Origin: Chloroflexota bacterium
GTDB lineage: Bacteria > Chloroflexota > Dehalococcoidia > UBA2979
Assembly: GCA_947479915.1 (NCBI GenBank)
Contig: CANKAU010000001.1
Coordinates: forward strand, 21,957 to 85,956
DNA: 64,000 nucleotides
Reading direction: 5' to 3'
The translations under genes and the position numbers were made by a program. The notes under the pieces are model-generated. The model worked only from the letters and a program-made list of their open reading frames with translations, did no database searches and was not told the origin of the DNA. Positions 46,371 to 56,357 of this stretch are shown here, one piece after another (the stretch's first letter is position 1; each line of letters starts with the position of its first letter).

Positions 46371-47690
46371 CTACGGGGCCTCGACCGCGGTGCTGTTCAC
46401 AGCGGTGCCGGGAGGCAGTCGGAGCACCCGGACACGCTTGATGCGCCGGCCCAGGATGCTGAGGACGCGGAACTCCAGGTGCGGGACGTCATCCTCCTCA
46501 CCATCCACGTCCAGCGCGCGCGCCACGACCTCGTCGCCCGGAACGGCGAGGCGGCCGAGCGAGGTGACGATGAGCCCTCCGACGGTGTCGAAGTCCTCCG
46601 CGACGATCTCTGACTCAAAGAGGTGATTCAGCTCGTCGATGGTGAGGCTGGCGTCGACGATCGCCTCGGCGGGGGAGACCTGCTCCACCTCGGTCGCCGG
46701 GGCGTCGTATTCGTCCGTGATCTCGCCGACGATCTCCTCGATCAGATCTTCCACGGTGATGACACCGGCCGTCCCGCCGTACTCGTCGACCACGATCGCG
46801 AGGTGTACCTGCGCTCGTCGCAGATCGGTCAGCAGTTCATCGGCACGGCGCGTCTCGGGCACGAGATAGGGCGGACGGGCCACCTCGACCAACCGGGGCG
46901 CGATGTTTCCACTAGAGACATAACCAAGCAGGTCTTTGGCGTAGACGACGCCGACGACCGTATCCAGCGTCTCCTCGTACAGCGGGATGCGGCTGTAGCC
47001 GCTGCTCGCCACGACCTTCATCGCCTCGCCGAAAGTCGCAGCGACGGGGAGCGCGGTCACGTCCGTGCGGGGTGTCATCAGCTCACGGGCGGTGTGGTTG
47101 GACAGTTCGAGGGCGGCACGCATCATGCGGCGCTCCTCGAGCATGGCGTCGTCTTCCTCGTCCGTGGCTTCGAGGAGGCCGATGAGTTCCTCGGCGGGGT
47201 CGATCTCATCGCCGACGTTGCGTCGATTCAGCGCCCGCAGCGTGATGACCACCGGCAGTGCGACCGCGACCGCGATCGGCGTGAAGAGCACCTGGAGCAC
47301 GCGGGAGGGGCCGTCGAGGCGCGCAGCCGCCACGTCGGCATCGGAGCGCGCGGTGCGTCGGGCAGCCGCCCGCAGCGCGCCCAGCCCCGCGACCACCCCA
47401 ACTGCGGCGATGACCTCGTTCAGTCCGAGGCTGCCGCTTACCAGCGCGAAGACGCCGAGGGTGGCACCAACGGTCGAGATCGTCACGCCGGTGCGCAGCG
47501 CACGCGAGGCGCGCTGGCGGACCGAGACGTATTCGCGCAGAAGGCTGCTGAGGCCGGCGTCGGCGTCACGGGTGACGCGACGCCTCGCGAGCTGGATCAC
47601 CACCGCCTCGGCGGCAGTCAGCAGCACGAGCAGCACGATGCTGCCCGCGAGGATCATGATCGGGAGAACGAGGGTGGTATCCAAAATCAC
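46371..47690 (-). CDS. CNNM/DUF21-CBS-CorC_HlyC family membrane protein (putative divalent-cation efflux; annotated as a hemolysin family)
   Basis: 439 aa with an N-terminal 4-TM DUF21, a CBS pair and a C-terminal CorC_HlyC-like domain. Confidence 0.85.
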   Translation of the reverse strand: MILDTTLVLPIMILAGSIVLLVLLTAAEAVVIQLARRRVTRDADAGLSSLLREYVSVRQRASRALRTGVTISTVGATLGVFALVSGSLGLNEVIAAVGVVAGLGALRAAARRTARSDADVAAARLDGPSRVLQVLFTPIAVAVALPVVITLRALNRRNVGDEIDPAEELIGLLEATDEEDDAMLEERRMMRAALELSNHTARELMTPRTDVTALPVAATFGEAMKVVASSGYSRIPLYEETLDTVVGVVYAKDLLGYVSSGNIAPRLVEVARPPYLVPETRRADELLTDLRRAQVHLAIVVDEYGGTAGVITVEDLIEEIVGEITDEYDAPATEVEQVSPAEAIVDASLTIDELNHLFESEIVAEDFDTVGGLIVTSLGRLAVPGDEVVARALDVDGEEDDVPHLEFRVLSILGRRIKRVRVLRLPPGTAVNSTAVEAP

Positions 47691-47711
47691 GCGGCATGTC
47701 GGCGCGATCGC

Positions 47712-49133
47712 CTAGGCCGGGTGACCTCCTTCGCCTGCGCCGCCCGTGCCGCGTTCGCGCGCCGGCACGCCGATGACTGTCGCTCCCGCGGGCACGTCGT
47801 GCGTGACGACCGCGCCGGCGCCCGTCCGCGCACCGGCGCCGAGCGTGACCGGCGCGACCATCACCGTGTCGCTGCCGAGGTGCACACCATCACCGATCAC
47901 GGTGCGGTGCTTCTCGACGCCGTCGTAGTTTGCGGTGATCGAGCCGGCGCCCACGTTGACGTCACTGCCGACCTCCGCGTCGCCGAGGTACGAAAAGTGT
48001 CCGACGGCCGTGCGCTCGCCGACCCGCGAGGCCTTCACCTCGGCGTAGTTGCCGAGATGGACGTCGCGCTCAAGCGTGGAGCCGGGGCGAACGTGGCAGT
48101 AGGGGCCAACGGTGACGCCCTCGGCGAGTCTCGAGCCCTCGAGCGTCGAGCCGCCGATCTCGCAGCGGTCGCCGACGACCATGTCGCGCAGGATCGCGTT
48201 GGGCCCGATACGACAGCCGCTGCCGATCACCGTGGTGCCGAGGAGGTGTGTGCCGGGCAGGATCACCGTGTCGCCCGCGACCTGCACGCGCGCGTCGATG
48301 TAGATCGTCGCGGGATCCATCAGCGTCACGCCATCGCGCATCAACCGGTCGCGCACGCGGTCGCGAAGGATGCGATCGGCCTGTGCGAGCTGCAGCCGGT
48401 CGCCGACTTGCGCTACCTCGATTGCCTCGGTGACCTGGTATGCCTCGACGCCGCCGCGGTCGACCGCGTGCGCGACGAGGTCACCGAGCGAGTCGGTGTT
48501 CGCGTTCGGTTCGAGGCCCGCGAGCGTCTCCCAGAGCCACGTGGCGTCCGCGGCGTACAGGCCGGCGTTCACCTCGGGCTGACCGCGCATCGCGGCGGAC
48601 AGGTCGCGTTCGCGGATGATCCCCTGCACGAGCCCGTTGCGGCGGAGGATGCGCCCGAAGCCGTGCGGGTCGGTGAGGTAGGCGGTCAGGAACGTCAACA
48701 CGCGCGACTCGCCGAGGTGGCGGCCCGCGAGCTCGCGGAGCGTACGCGTACTGATCAGCGGCATGTCCGCGCGCAGGATGAGCACGTTGCGATGCGCGCC
48801 CGTCGCCTCGCGTGCGCGGAGTGCGGCGTTCGCGGAGCCCTCGGCGTCCTGCGCGTCGACGATTTCGACGCCGTCGCCGACCGCCGCAGCAAGCGCGTCT
48901 CGCGGTGCACCCGCGACGACGACGATGTGGTCACAGCCAGCCTCGCGGAGCAGATCGCACACCAGCCGTACCATCGGCACGCCGGCGACCTCGTGCAGCA
49001 CGGTGGGAGTGGCGGACTGCATGCGTGAAGCGTCGCCCGGCGCGAGCACGAGGGCGGTCCACCCAGCAAGTGAAGTGACGGCGTTGGTCTTGGGGGATGA
49101 GAGGGGCGGTGCGCCGGGGCTGCGGGTGGTCAT
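47712..49133 (-). CDS. glmU: Bifunctional GlmU-like protein (sugar-nucleotidyltransferase N domain + left-handed beta-helix acetyltransferase)
   Basis: 473 aa. The C-terminal hexapeptide-repeat domain is canonical (...NYDGVEKHRTVIGDGVHLGSDT...). The N-terminal signature diverges from consensus (LAPGDASRM...TPTVLH versus LAAGKGTRM...PKVLH). Confidence 0.75.
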   Translation of the reverse strand: MTTRSPGAPPLSSPKTNAVTSLAGWTALVLAPGDASRMQSATPTVLHEVAGVPMVRLVCDLLREAGCDHIVVVAGAPRDALAAAVGDGVEIVDAQDAEGSANAALRAREATGAHRNVLILRADMPLISTRTLRELAGRHLGESRVLTFLTAYLTDPHGFGRILRRNGLVQGIIRERDLSAAMRGQPEVNAGLYAADATWLWETLAGLEPNANTDSLGDLVAHAVDRGGVEAYQVTEAIEVAQVGDRLQLAQADRILRDRVRDRLMRDGVTLMDPATIYIDARVQVAGDTVILPGTHLLGTTVIGSGCRIGPNAILRDMVVGDRCEIGGSTLEGSRLAEGVTVGPYCHVRPGSTLERDVHLGNYAEVKASRVGERTAVGHFSYLGDAEVGSDVNVGAGSITANYDGVEKHRTVIGDGVHLGSDTVMVAPVTLGAGARTGAGAVVTHDVPAGATVIGVPARERGTGGAGEGGHPA

Positions 49134-49213
49134 CGCGTTGAGCGCCGTCCCACGCCCTGTGCTCCCGGGGAGCGTACTCTCGATCGAGTCTCTGATTGAG
49201 GCGGGGTCTCAAA

Positions 49214-49242
49214 TTGACCCCCTCTGGAGGCCATTCTACACT
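49214..49242 (+). promoter_or_regulatory. Candidate sigma-70 promoter of the alaS operon (TTGACC - 17 nt - TACACT)
   Basis: Hexamers at 49214-49219 and 49237-49242 with an exact 17-nt spacer. They lie about 50 nt upstream of the GTG at 49294. Confidence 0.45.
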
Positions 49243-49293
49243 CGCCCCACAGCCGACCTCCAGCATACGGATCCCCGGAAAGAGCGCGCCCCC

Positions 49294-51993
49294 GTGACGA
49301 TCGACGAGCTCCGGCGAGCGTTCCTCGCATACTTCGAGGCACGCGGCCACCGTCGCATCCCCTCGTCCTCCCTCGTTCCGCACGGCGACCCCACGCTGCT
49401 GTTCACGACGGCCGGCATGGTGCAGTTCAAGCCCTACTTCATGGGCCTGGAAGAGCCGCCGGCACGCCGGCTCACCTCGATCCAGCGCTGCTTCCGCACC
49501 ACGGACGTCGAGGTGGTCGGCGACGAGAACCACCTCACGCTGTTCGAGATGCTGGGCAACTTCTCGGTCGGCGACTACTTCAAGCCCGAGGTGATCCCGT
49601 GGGCGTGGGAGTTCCTGACCGGGATCCTCGAGATCCCGAAGGAGCGTCTCTGGGCGACCGTCTTCACCGACGACGACGAGTCCGCCGCGATCTGGGCGTC
49701 CCTTGGCGTCCCGCAGGAGCGCATCCTGCGCTACACCGCCGAGCAGGGGAACTGGTGGGGTCCGCCGGGCGACACCGGCCCGATGGGGCCGTGCTCGGAG
49801 ATGCATTACGACTGGGGCAAGACCCCCGGCTGTGCCGACTGCGAGCGCGACACCTGTCACCCGGACGTGGGGTGCGGACGGTTCCTGGAGATCTGGAATC
49901 TCGTCTTCATGTCGTACTACCGCGAGGAGGACGGGTCGCAGACCAACCTCCCCGCCGCGAACATCGACACCGGCGCGGGCCTTGAGCGCCTCGCGTCAGT
50001 GGTGCAGAACGTGCGCGCTGTGTACGAGACCGACGAGCTGCGCGGCGTCCTCGGTGCGGCCGAGCGCGTCACTGGTCGCGTCTATGAGCCGGACGAGAAC
50101 CCCGAGGTTGCCCGCGGCCTCCGCGCGATCACGGAGCACTCCCGCGCGCTCGCGTTCCTCGTGACGGACGGCGTGCTACCGAGCAACGAGGGGCGCGGCT
50201 ACGTGCTGCGTCGCCTGCTCCGCCGTGCGGTCTATTTCGGCCATCGTCTTGGCGTGCGCGAGCCGTTCCTTGAGCGGGTCGTGGACGCTGCGATCGATCA
50301 CTCGATGGCGGCACACCCGAGCCTCGGCGAGCAGCGCGACTTCATCTGCCGCATCGCCCGCATCGAGGAGGCGCGCTTCCAGGCGACCCTCGACCGTGGT
50401 CTCGCGCTCCTCGACGAGGTCGTGACGCGCGAGGCTTCCTCGAAGCGCATCCCCGGTCGCGACATGTTCACGCTGTACGACACGCACGGGCTCCCGCCGG
50501 AGCTGACCCTCGAGGTCGCGCAGGGACTCGGTTACGAGGTTGACCGTGCGGGCTTCGACGAGGAGATGGAGAAGCAGCGCGAGCGCTCCAAGGGCGAAGA
50601 GACCTTCGGCGGCGCTCAGGACGACCGTGCGCTGCGCTATGCCGCGATCGCCGCGCCGACCGAGTTCGTCGGCTACACCAATACCGAGGTCACCACGACG
50701 GTCACGCACCTCGTGCGCCATGTCGTCACGCACCTCACGACGCACGACGCCAGCGTCAGCGAGCTGAACGAGGGCGACGAGGGCGAGATCGTGATCGCGC
50801 AAACGCCGTTCTACCCGGAGGGCGGCGGCCAGGTCGGCGACCACGGGGAGATCGAGACGGAGACCGGTCGCTTCCAGGTCACGGACACGCACCGCTACGG
50901 CGAGACGATCGTCCAGATCGGCCGCGTCGTCGCCGGCAGCATTGCGATGGGTGCCTCGGCGACCGCGGTGATCGATGGTGTGCGGCGGCAGGACACGGCG
51001 CGCAACCACACCGGCACCCACCTGCTGCACGCCGCGCTGCGCAGCACGCTGGGCACCCACGTGCGACAGGCCGGTTCGTACGTCGGCCCCGACCGTCTGC
51101 GCTTCGACTACACGCACCCGGAGTCGCCCTCCGACGAGCAACTCACCGACATCCAGCGCATCGTGAACTCGAAGATCCGCGCGGACATCGAGAGCGCGAC
51201 ATTCGAGCTCGACTACGACGAGGCGATCGAGCGCGGCGCGATCGCGTTTTTCGAGGATCGCTACACCTCGCGCGTGCGCATGGTGGAGTACTGCGACTCG
51301 CGCGGCCACGCCCCCGGCGCGCACACCATGGAGTGCTACAGCCGCGAGCTCTGCGGCGGCACGCACCTCCACTCGACCGGGCAGGTCGGCATGCTCTTGA
51401 TCGTCTCCGACAGCAGCATCGGGGCCGGCCTTCGCCGCATCGAGGCGCTGACGGGCGTTGAGGCCGAGCGCTACCTCGAGGAGCGCACCGGCATGGTGAA
51501 CACGCTCGCGCGGCACTTCCGCACGCCGCCCGCGCAGGTGCTCGAACGCATCGCCACGCTCGAGGAGCAATTGGCGACGGACCGCCGTCGCCTGGAACAG
51601 GCCGAGCGTCGCGCCTCGGCGGGTGCGGCGGACAGCCTCGCCGACAACGCCGAGACGATCGGTGGGGTGCAGGTGCTGGTCGCCCGCGTGCAAGTGGAGT
51701 CTGCGGACGCGCTGCGCCCGATGGCCGAGCGTCTGCGCGACCGCCTCGGATCCGCGTTCATTGCGTTGGCAGCCGATATCGAAGGACGTCCCGCGTTCCT
51801 CGTCGCGGCCAGCGACGACGTGGTCGCGCGCGGCTTGAGCGCGGCGGACGTCGTGAAACTCGCCGCCGGGATCGCGGGCGGCGGCGGCGGTGGACGCCCC
51901 CAGATCGCTCAGGCCGGCGGCAAGGACGCCTCGAAGATCGACGAGGCGCTGGCGGCGGCGCTGCAGGCGGCGACGGACCGTCTGTCCTCGTAG
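49294..51993 (+). CDS. alaS: Alanine--tRNA ligase
   Basis: 899 aa from GTG 49294 (VTIDELRRAFLAYFEARGH). Class II motifs (FTTAGMVQFKPYF), editing domain HxxxH/CxxxH (HTGTHLLH, CGGTHL) and a C-terminal DHHA1 domain. Confidence 0.95.
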   Translation: MTIDELRRAFLAYFEARGHRRIPSSSLVPHGDPTLLFTTAGMVQFKPYFMGLEEPPARRLTSIQRCFRTTDVEVVGDENHLTLFEMLGNFSVGDYFKPEVIPWAWEFLTGILEIPKERLWATVFTDDDESAAIWASLGVPQERILRYTAEQGNWWGPPGDTGPMGPCSEMHYDWGKTPGCADCERDTCHPDVGCGRFLEIWNLVFMSYYREEDGSQTNLPAANIDTGAGLERLASVVQNVRAVYETDELRGVLGAAERVTGRVYEPDENPEVARGLRAITEHSRALAFLVTDGVLPSNEGRGYVLRRLLRRAVYFGHRLGVREPFLERVVDAAIDHSMAAHPSLGEQRDFICRIARIEEARFQATLDRGLALLDEVVTREASSKRIPGRDMFTLYDTHGLPPELTLEVAQGLGYEVDRAGFDEEMEKQRERSKGEETFGGAQDDRALRYAAIAAPTEFVGYTNTEVTTTVTHLVRHVVTHLTTHDASVSELNEGDEGEIVIAQTPFYPEGGGQVGDHGEIETETGRFQVTDTHRYGETIVQIGRVVAGSIAMGASATAVIDGVRRQDTARNHTGTHLLHAALRSTLGTHVRQAGSYVGPDRLRFDYTHPESPSDEQLTDIQRIVNSKIRADIESATFELDYDEAIERGAIAFFEDRYTSRVRMVEYCDSRGHAPGAHTMECYSRELCGGTHLHSTGQVGMLLIVSDSSIGAGLRRIEALTGVEAERYLEERTGMVNTLARHFRTPPAQVLERIATLEEQLATDRRRLEQAERRASAGAADSLADNAETIGGVQVLVARVQVESADALRPMAERLRDRLGSAFIALAADIEGRPAFLVAASDDVVARGLSAADVVKLAAGIAGGGGGGRPQIAQAGGKDASKIDEALAAALQAATDRLSS

Positions 51994-52024
51994 TCCTCGC
52001 GATCACGATGATGCCGGTGTGCGC

Positions 52025-52486
52025 ATGAGGTGGCTGGCGGTGGATGCCGGGCTCGCGCGCGTGGGCCTTGCGATCTGCGACCCTGACGAACGCCTCGCCG
52101 TGCCACTCGAAGTGATCCCCGCGGGCGTGGCGTTCCCTGCGATCCGCACGATCGTGTCGCGCGACGGCGTGCAGGGTGTTGTCCTCGGCCTGCCGCTGAC
52201 ACCGCGTGGCCTCGAGGAGGAATCGGCACGCATGGCGCGGAAGCTCGGCGACCGCATCGAACGCAGCCTCGGCTTACCGGTAGAGTACGAGGATGAACGA
52301 TTCACCTCGGTGGAGGCGGAACGCCTGGATGCCCGCGCGCAGTCGCCGCGTGGATCCGGCTCCCGGCACTCATCGGATGACCTCGCCGCGGTGCTGATCC
52401 TCGAGCAGTTCCTCGCCCGTCGCCGCACCGAGGCGCGCGCGCACGCGGCCGACGCGGCCGAGGACGGCGGGCGCACCGATGCCTAA
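52025..52486 (+). CDS. ruvX: Holliday-junction resolvase-like / pre-16S rRNA nuclease YqgF
   Basis: 153 aa from ATG 52025. MRWLAVDAGLARVGLAICD...VVLGLPL...YEDERFTS. Confidence 0.85.
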   Translation: MRWLAVDAGLARVGLAICDPDERLAVPLEVIPAGVAFPAIRTIVSRDGVQGVVLGLPLTPRGLEEESARMARKLGDRIERSLGLPVEYEDERFTSVEAERLDARAQSPRGSGSRHSSDDLAAVLILEQFLARRRTEARAHAADAAEDGGRTDA

Positions 52487-53576
52487 GCCGTCGCGCCTGT
52501 CCGCCGCGCTCGCGATCTACGCCGCGATCATCCTCGTCGGCCTCGCCGTCGCGCTGCGCGGCGTGCCGGGCGTGCTCGCGAGCGACGTGCGCGATCGCGT
52601 CCCGCCGAGGAGCGCGGTCCCGGCGAACGGTACGACCACGATCGAGTTGCCGCAGGGCTCGAACGCCGAGCAGATCGTCGAACAGCTGGAGAAGGCGGGC
52701 GTCGTCCGCGACGGCAAGGCGCTGCGCGCGCTCCTCGACTTCGCGGGGCTGTCCTCGAAGCTGCAGGCGGGGCGGTACCGCTTCACAGCGGATCTGCCGC
52801 CCGCCGAGATCGCGCGCCTCCTTGCAGGGGGACCGAACCGCCCGCAGGTAATCACCCTGCGCGAGGGCTTGCGCAACGAGGAGATCGGCGACGCGCTCCA
52901 GAAGGAGGGCGTCGTCAGTCCCGCCGACTGGGACGCCGCGCTCACCACACCTCGACAGGCCGTGTTCCTCGAGAGCCGCCCCACCGGGATGAGCTTGCTC
53001 GGCTACCTGCTGCCCGCGACCTACGCGTTCGATGAGAAGACGACCGGTAACAGCATGGTGCAGTCGATGCTCGATGCCTTCGGGAAGCAGGTCACACCCG
53101 AAATGATCGCCGCGGGCAAGAACCGAGGCATGACGCTCCACCAGGTCATCACGCTCGCCTCGATCGTTGAGCGCGAGGCGGCGAACGCCGGCGAACGCCC
53201 GCTGATCGCGGCGGTGTTCATCAACCGGCTCACGCAGAATGTGCCGCTTCAGGCGGATCCCACGGTGCAGTTCGCGGTCTCGCGGGTGCCGGGCAACGTG
53301 GAGAAGTTCGGCTATTGGAAGAAGAACCTGCAGGACGCAGACCTCGCGCTGAACTCGCCGTACAACACGTACCTCAACCGCGGGCTGCCGCCCGGTCCGA
53401 TCGCCAACCCCGGCATCGACTCCATCAAGGCAGTAGTCAACCCGGCGCCGGTCAACTATCTGTACTTCGTCGCATCACCGGCATGCGACGGCACGCACCA
53501 GTTCGCCGCGACGCTGGCGCAGCACAACGCCAACGTGGCGCAGTTCAACGCATCGCAGTGCGCGAAGGGCAACTGA
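52479..53576 (+). CDS. mltG: Endolytic murein transglycosylase MltG (YceG-like)
   Basis: 365 aa. N-terminal TM, a LysM-like subdomain and the catalytic segment ITLASIVEREA...QADPTVQF...YNTY...GLPPGPIANPG. Confidence 0.85.
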   Translation: MPKPSRLSAALAIYAAIILVGLAVALRGVPGVLASDVRDRVPPRSAVPANGTTTIELPQGSNAEQIVEQLEKAGVVRDGKALRALLDFAGLSSKLQAGRYRFTADLPPAEIARLLAGGPNRPQVITLREGLRNEEIGDALQKEGVVSPADWDAALTTPRQAVFLESRPTGMSLLGYLLPATYAFDEKTTGNSMVQSMLDAFGKQVTPEMIAAGKNRGMTLHQVITLASIVEREAANAGERPLIAAVFINRLTQNVPLQADPTVQFAVSRVPGNVEKFGYWKKNLQDADLALNSPYNTYLNRGLPPGPIANPGIDSIKAVVNPAPVNYLYFVASPACDGTHQFAATLAQHNANVAQFNASQCAKGN

Positions 53577-53577
53577 C

Positions 53578-54432
53578 ATGACCCGCACCCTCTGCCTCCT
53601 CGGCCACCCCGTCGCTCACTCGATCTCACCGCGGTTCCAGCAGGCCGCGCTCGACGCGCTCGGCATCGATGCGAAGTACGAGGCCTGGGACACGGCACCC
53701 GAGGATCTCCCCGCGACGATCGAGCGCATCCGCTCCGGCGACGTCATCGGCTGCAACGTCACGGTGCCGCACAAGGTCGCCGCGATGCGCCTCGTCGACC
53801 GTCCGGACGCGATGGTCGAGCGCGTTGGCGCACTCAACACGATCATCAACCGCGGCGGACTGCTCCACGCGACGAACACGGATGTCGCCGGCATCACCGG
53901 CGCGCTGCGCGAGGCGGGCATCGAGGCCGGTGGCAAGGACGTCGTGCTCCTCGGCGCCGGGGGTGCGGCGCGCGCCGTCGTCGTGGCGATGCGCACGGCC
54001 GGCGCCAAGCGCATCACCATCGCCAACCGCACCGAGGCCAAAGCGCACGCACTCGCGGAGGTCGGCGGTCCCGACCTCGACATGCGGTATGCGCCGCTGG
54101 ACGCCGCTGACCCGACGTTCCGCCGCGCCGTCAGCGAAGCGCAGATCGTCATCCAGTCGACCTCGATGGGCATGCTCCACGGTCCGGACGAGACTGGCAC
54201 TCCCGTCCCGACCGAGCTGTTCTCGCCGGGGCAGGTGGCCTTCGACCTCGTCTATGTGCCGGAGGAGACGCCCTTCCTGCGCGCGGCCGCCGCGGGCGGC
54301 GCGACTACGGTGGGCGGGCTGATGATGCTCATCCACCAGGGTGCCGAGGCGTTCCGGCTGTGGCTGGGCCAGGAGCCGCCGATCGACGTGATGGTGAAGG
54401 CCGCCCGGCAGGCGCTGGCCGAGCGGGGCTAA
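53578..54432 (+). CDS. aroE: Shikimate dehydrogenase
   Basis: 284 aa. LLGHPVAHSISPRFQQAA, NVTVPHK, NTD, and the NADP motif LLGAGGAARA. Confidence 0.9.
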   Translation: MTRTLCLLGHPVAHSISPRFQQAALDALGIDAKYEAWDTAPEDLPATIERIRSGDVIGCNVTVPHKVAAMRLVDRPDAMVERVGALNTIINRGGLLHATNTDVAGITGALREAGIEAGGKDVVLLGAGGAARAVVVAMRTAGAKRITIANRTEAKAHALAEVGGPDLDMRYAPLDAADPTFRRAVSEAQIVIQSTSMGMLHGPDETGTPVPTELFSPGQVAFDLVYVPEETPFLRAAAAGGATTVGGLMMLIHQGAEAFRLWLGQEPPIDVMVKAARQALAERG

Positions 54433-54525
54433 CGCCTCGACCGCCCGCCCCTCGACGGGCGGGACGCGGCACCCGACACTGGGACGACGCGCCGCACCGG
54501 GCGGCGGATGACGCGAGGAGCGCGG

Positions 54526-55179
54526 ATGGGCCTCGGCTTCGCCATCGTGATCTGCCTCGCGATCTTCCTGATCGTCGGGTTCATGGTGCTCCAGGCGCGC
54601 TTCGCGGCGCGCCAGTGGCGTCGCGTGATCGCGGCCGGCGACATGGGCGCGCTCGCCGAGCTCCTCGACCAGACATTCGAGGCGTGGCGGAACAGCCGTC
54701 CGCCCCGCGGCCTCGCGCCGGCCGACTGGCGCGCGATGCACACCGCCGCGCTGATCGCTGCCGACCGCGAGCGTGCTCGCGTGTCGCTCCTCGCGGAGCC
54801 GGACGTGCGCGTGGTGCAGGGGCAGCGCGTGGAGGTGGGCACCGCGCAGGACGTGGCTCGCCGCGCCGCCGTGCGCATGGTGGAGCGCCTGATGTATGAA
54901 GTACCGCACGTCTCCTTCACCGCGGTGCAGGTGGATGTGCACACGGAGTACCGTTCCGCGGACGGCACCGTGACGAACCCCTGTCTGCTCAGCACCCGGG
55001 CCACCCGCGAGGTCGCCTCGTGGTCGGACTGGAGCGCGGCCGGGGACGCGTCTGTGCTGCTGGCGGAATGGGACACGCGCGAGGCTGCCCCGGGCGCGCC
55101 GGTCGACCCCTCGGTCGACGCGCTGCTCGACAGTCCCGAGGTTGATCCGACTGAAGTGATCCGGGAGCGTCGTTCATGA
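54526..55179 (+). CDS. Hypothetical N-terminally anchored membrane protein embedded in the shikimate operon
   Basis: ATG 54526 is preferred (GAGGAG SD 5 nt upstream). N-terminal TM segment MGLGFAIVICLAIFLIVGFMVL. 4-nt overlap with the aroC start. No family was recognised. Confidence 0.5.
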   Translation: MGLGFAIVICLAIFLIVGFMVLQARFAARQWRRVIAAGDMGALAELLDQTFEAWRNSRPPRGLAPADWRAMHTAALIAADRERARVSLLAEPDVRVVQGQRVEVGTAQDVARRAAVRMVERLMYEVPHVSFTAVQVDVHTEYRSADGTVTNPCLLSTRATREVASWSDWSAAGDASVLLAEWDTREAAPGAPVDPSVDALLDSPEVDPTEVIRERRS

Positions 55180-56357
55180 CCGATTTCCGTTGGCTGACCG
55201 CAGGCGAGTCGCACGGCAAGGGCCTCGCGGCGATCGTCGAGGGCGTCCCTGCCGGGCTCACCATGAGCGAGGCGGTCATCGCGTCCGACCTTCGGCGGCG
55301 TCAGGGCGGCTACGGTCGCGGCCGTCGCCAGCAGATCGAGACGGACCACGCTGAATTGCTGTCGGGCGTGCGCCATGGCAAGACCATGGGTTCGCCGATC
55401 GCGATGACGATCGTGAACAAGGACTTCGAGAACCAGGGCTGGCGCGTCCGCATGGCCACGGACCCCGTCGAGGAAGAAGTGGAGCGCGTCACGCTGCTCC
55501 GTCCCGGCCACGCGGACCTCGCCGGCACACAGAAGTACGGCTTTGATGACGTCCGTCCGATCCTCGAACGATCGAGCGCGCGCGAAACGACCGCGCGGGT
55601 CGCGGTGGGCGCGATCGCCCGCGCGCTGATCGGCGCGATCGGGATCAGCGTGCACTCGCACACGCTGTCCGTCGGGCCCGTACACGCCGAGGTGCCGGAT
55701 CGCATCGACTGGGACGCGGTGGACGCCTCGCCCATGCGCGTCGCCGACAAGTCCGTCGAGCAAGCGATGATCGATGAGGTCGACAAGACCCGCGAAGCGC
55801 TGGACACCGTGGGTGGGGTGTTCGAGGTGCGCGCCTCCGGCGTGCCGTTCGGCCTCGGCAGCCACGTGCACTGGGATCGCAAGCTCGATGGTCGGCTGGC
55901 GCAGGCGATCATGTCGATCAACGCCGTGAAGGCGTGCGAGATCGGCGAGGGCGTCGCCGGTGCCGGGTCACGCGGGTCACAGGTGCAGGACATCATCCTG
56001 CCGTCGTCCGCATGGGAGCGCCGCCAGTGGGAGCGCGCCACCAACCGCGCCGGCGGCCTCGAGGGTGGCATGACGAACGGCGAAGACATCGTGGTGCGCG
56101 GCTTCCTCAAGCCGATCTCCACCGTCCCGCAGCGCCTGCCCACCGCCGACCTGCTGACGGGCGAGGAGACGCAGTCGTTCTACGAGCGCTCTGACGTCGC
56201 GGTCGTCCCGGCGGGCGGGGTCGTCGGTGAGGCGATGGTCGCCATCGTGCTCGCCGGCGCCGTCCTCGAGAAGTTCGGCGGCGACAGCATCGACGAGCTG
56301 CGCCGCAACTTCGAGGCGTTCCAGGCCACCGTGGGTCCGCGGGAGCCGCGCTCGTGA
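55176..56357 (+). CDS. aroC: Chorismate synthase
   Basis: 393 aa. FRWLTAGESHGKGL, RRQGGYGRGRRQ, LLRPGHADL and ERSSARETTARVA. Confidence 0.95.
   Translation: MTDFRWLTAGESHGKGLAAIVEGVPAGLTMSEAVIASDLRRRQGGYGRGRRQQIETDHAELLSGVRHGKTMGSPIAMTIVNKDFENQGWRVRMATDPVEEEVERVTLLRPGHADLAGTQKYGFDDVRPILERSSARETTARVAVGAIARALIGAIGISVHSHTLSVGPVHAEVPDRIDWDAVDASPMRVADKSVEQAMIDEVDKTREALDTVGGVFEVRASGVPFGLGSHVHWDRKLDGRLAQAIMSINAVKACEIGEGVAGAGSRGSQVQDIILPSSAWERRQWERATNRAGGLEGGMTNGEDIVVRGFLKPISTVPQRLPTADLLTGEETQSFYERSDVAVVPAGGVVGEAMVAIVLAGAVLEKFGGDSIDELRRNFEAFQATVGPREPRS

Noticed and set aside
46623-49028. 801-aa plus-strand ORF
   Set aside because: It is antisense to the CNNM/CBS and glmU genes, with the same compositional artefact.
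49134-49293. T-box leaders upstream of alaS (and pheS at 63267-63380)
   Set aside because: The spacers are only 160 and 114 nt. I saw no T-box consensus or specifier/antiterminator architecture. pheS appears leaderless.
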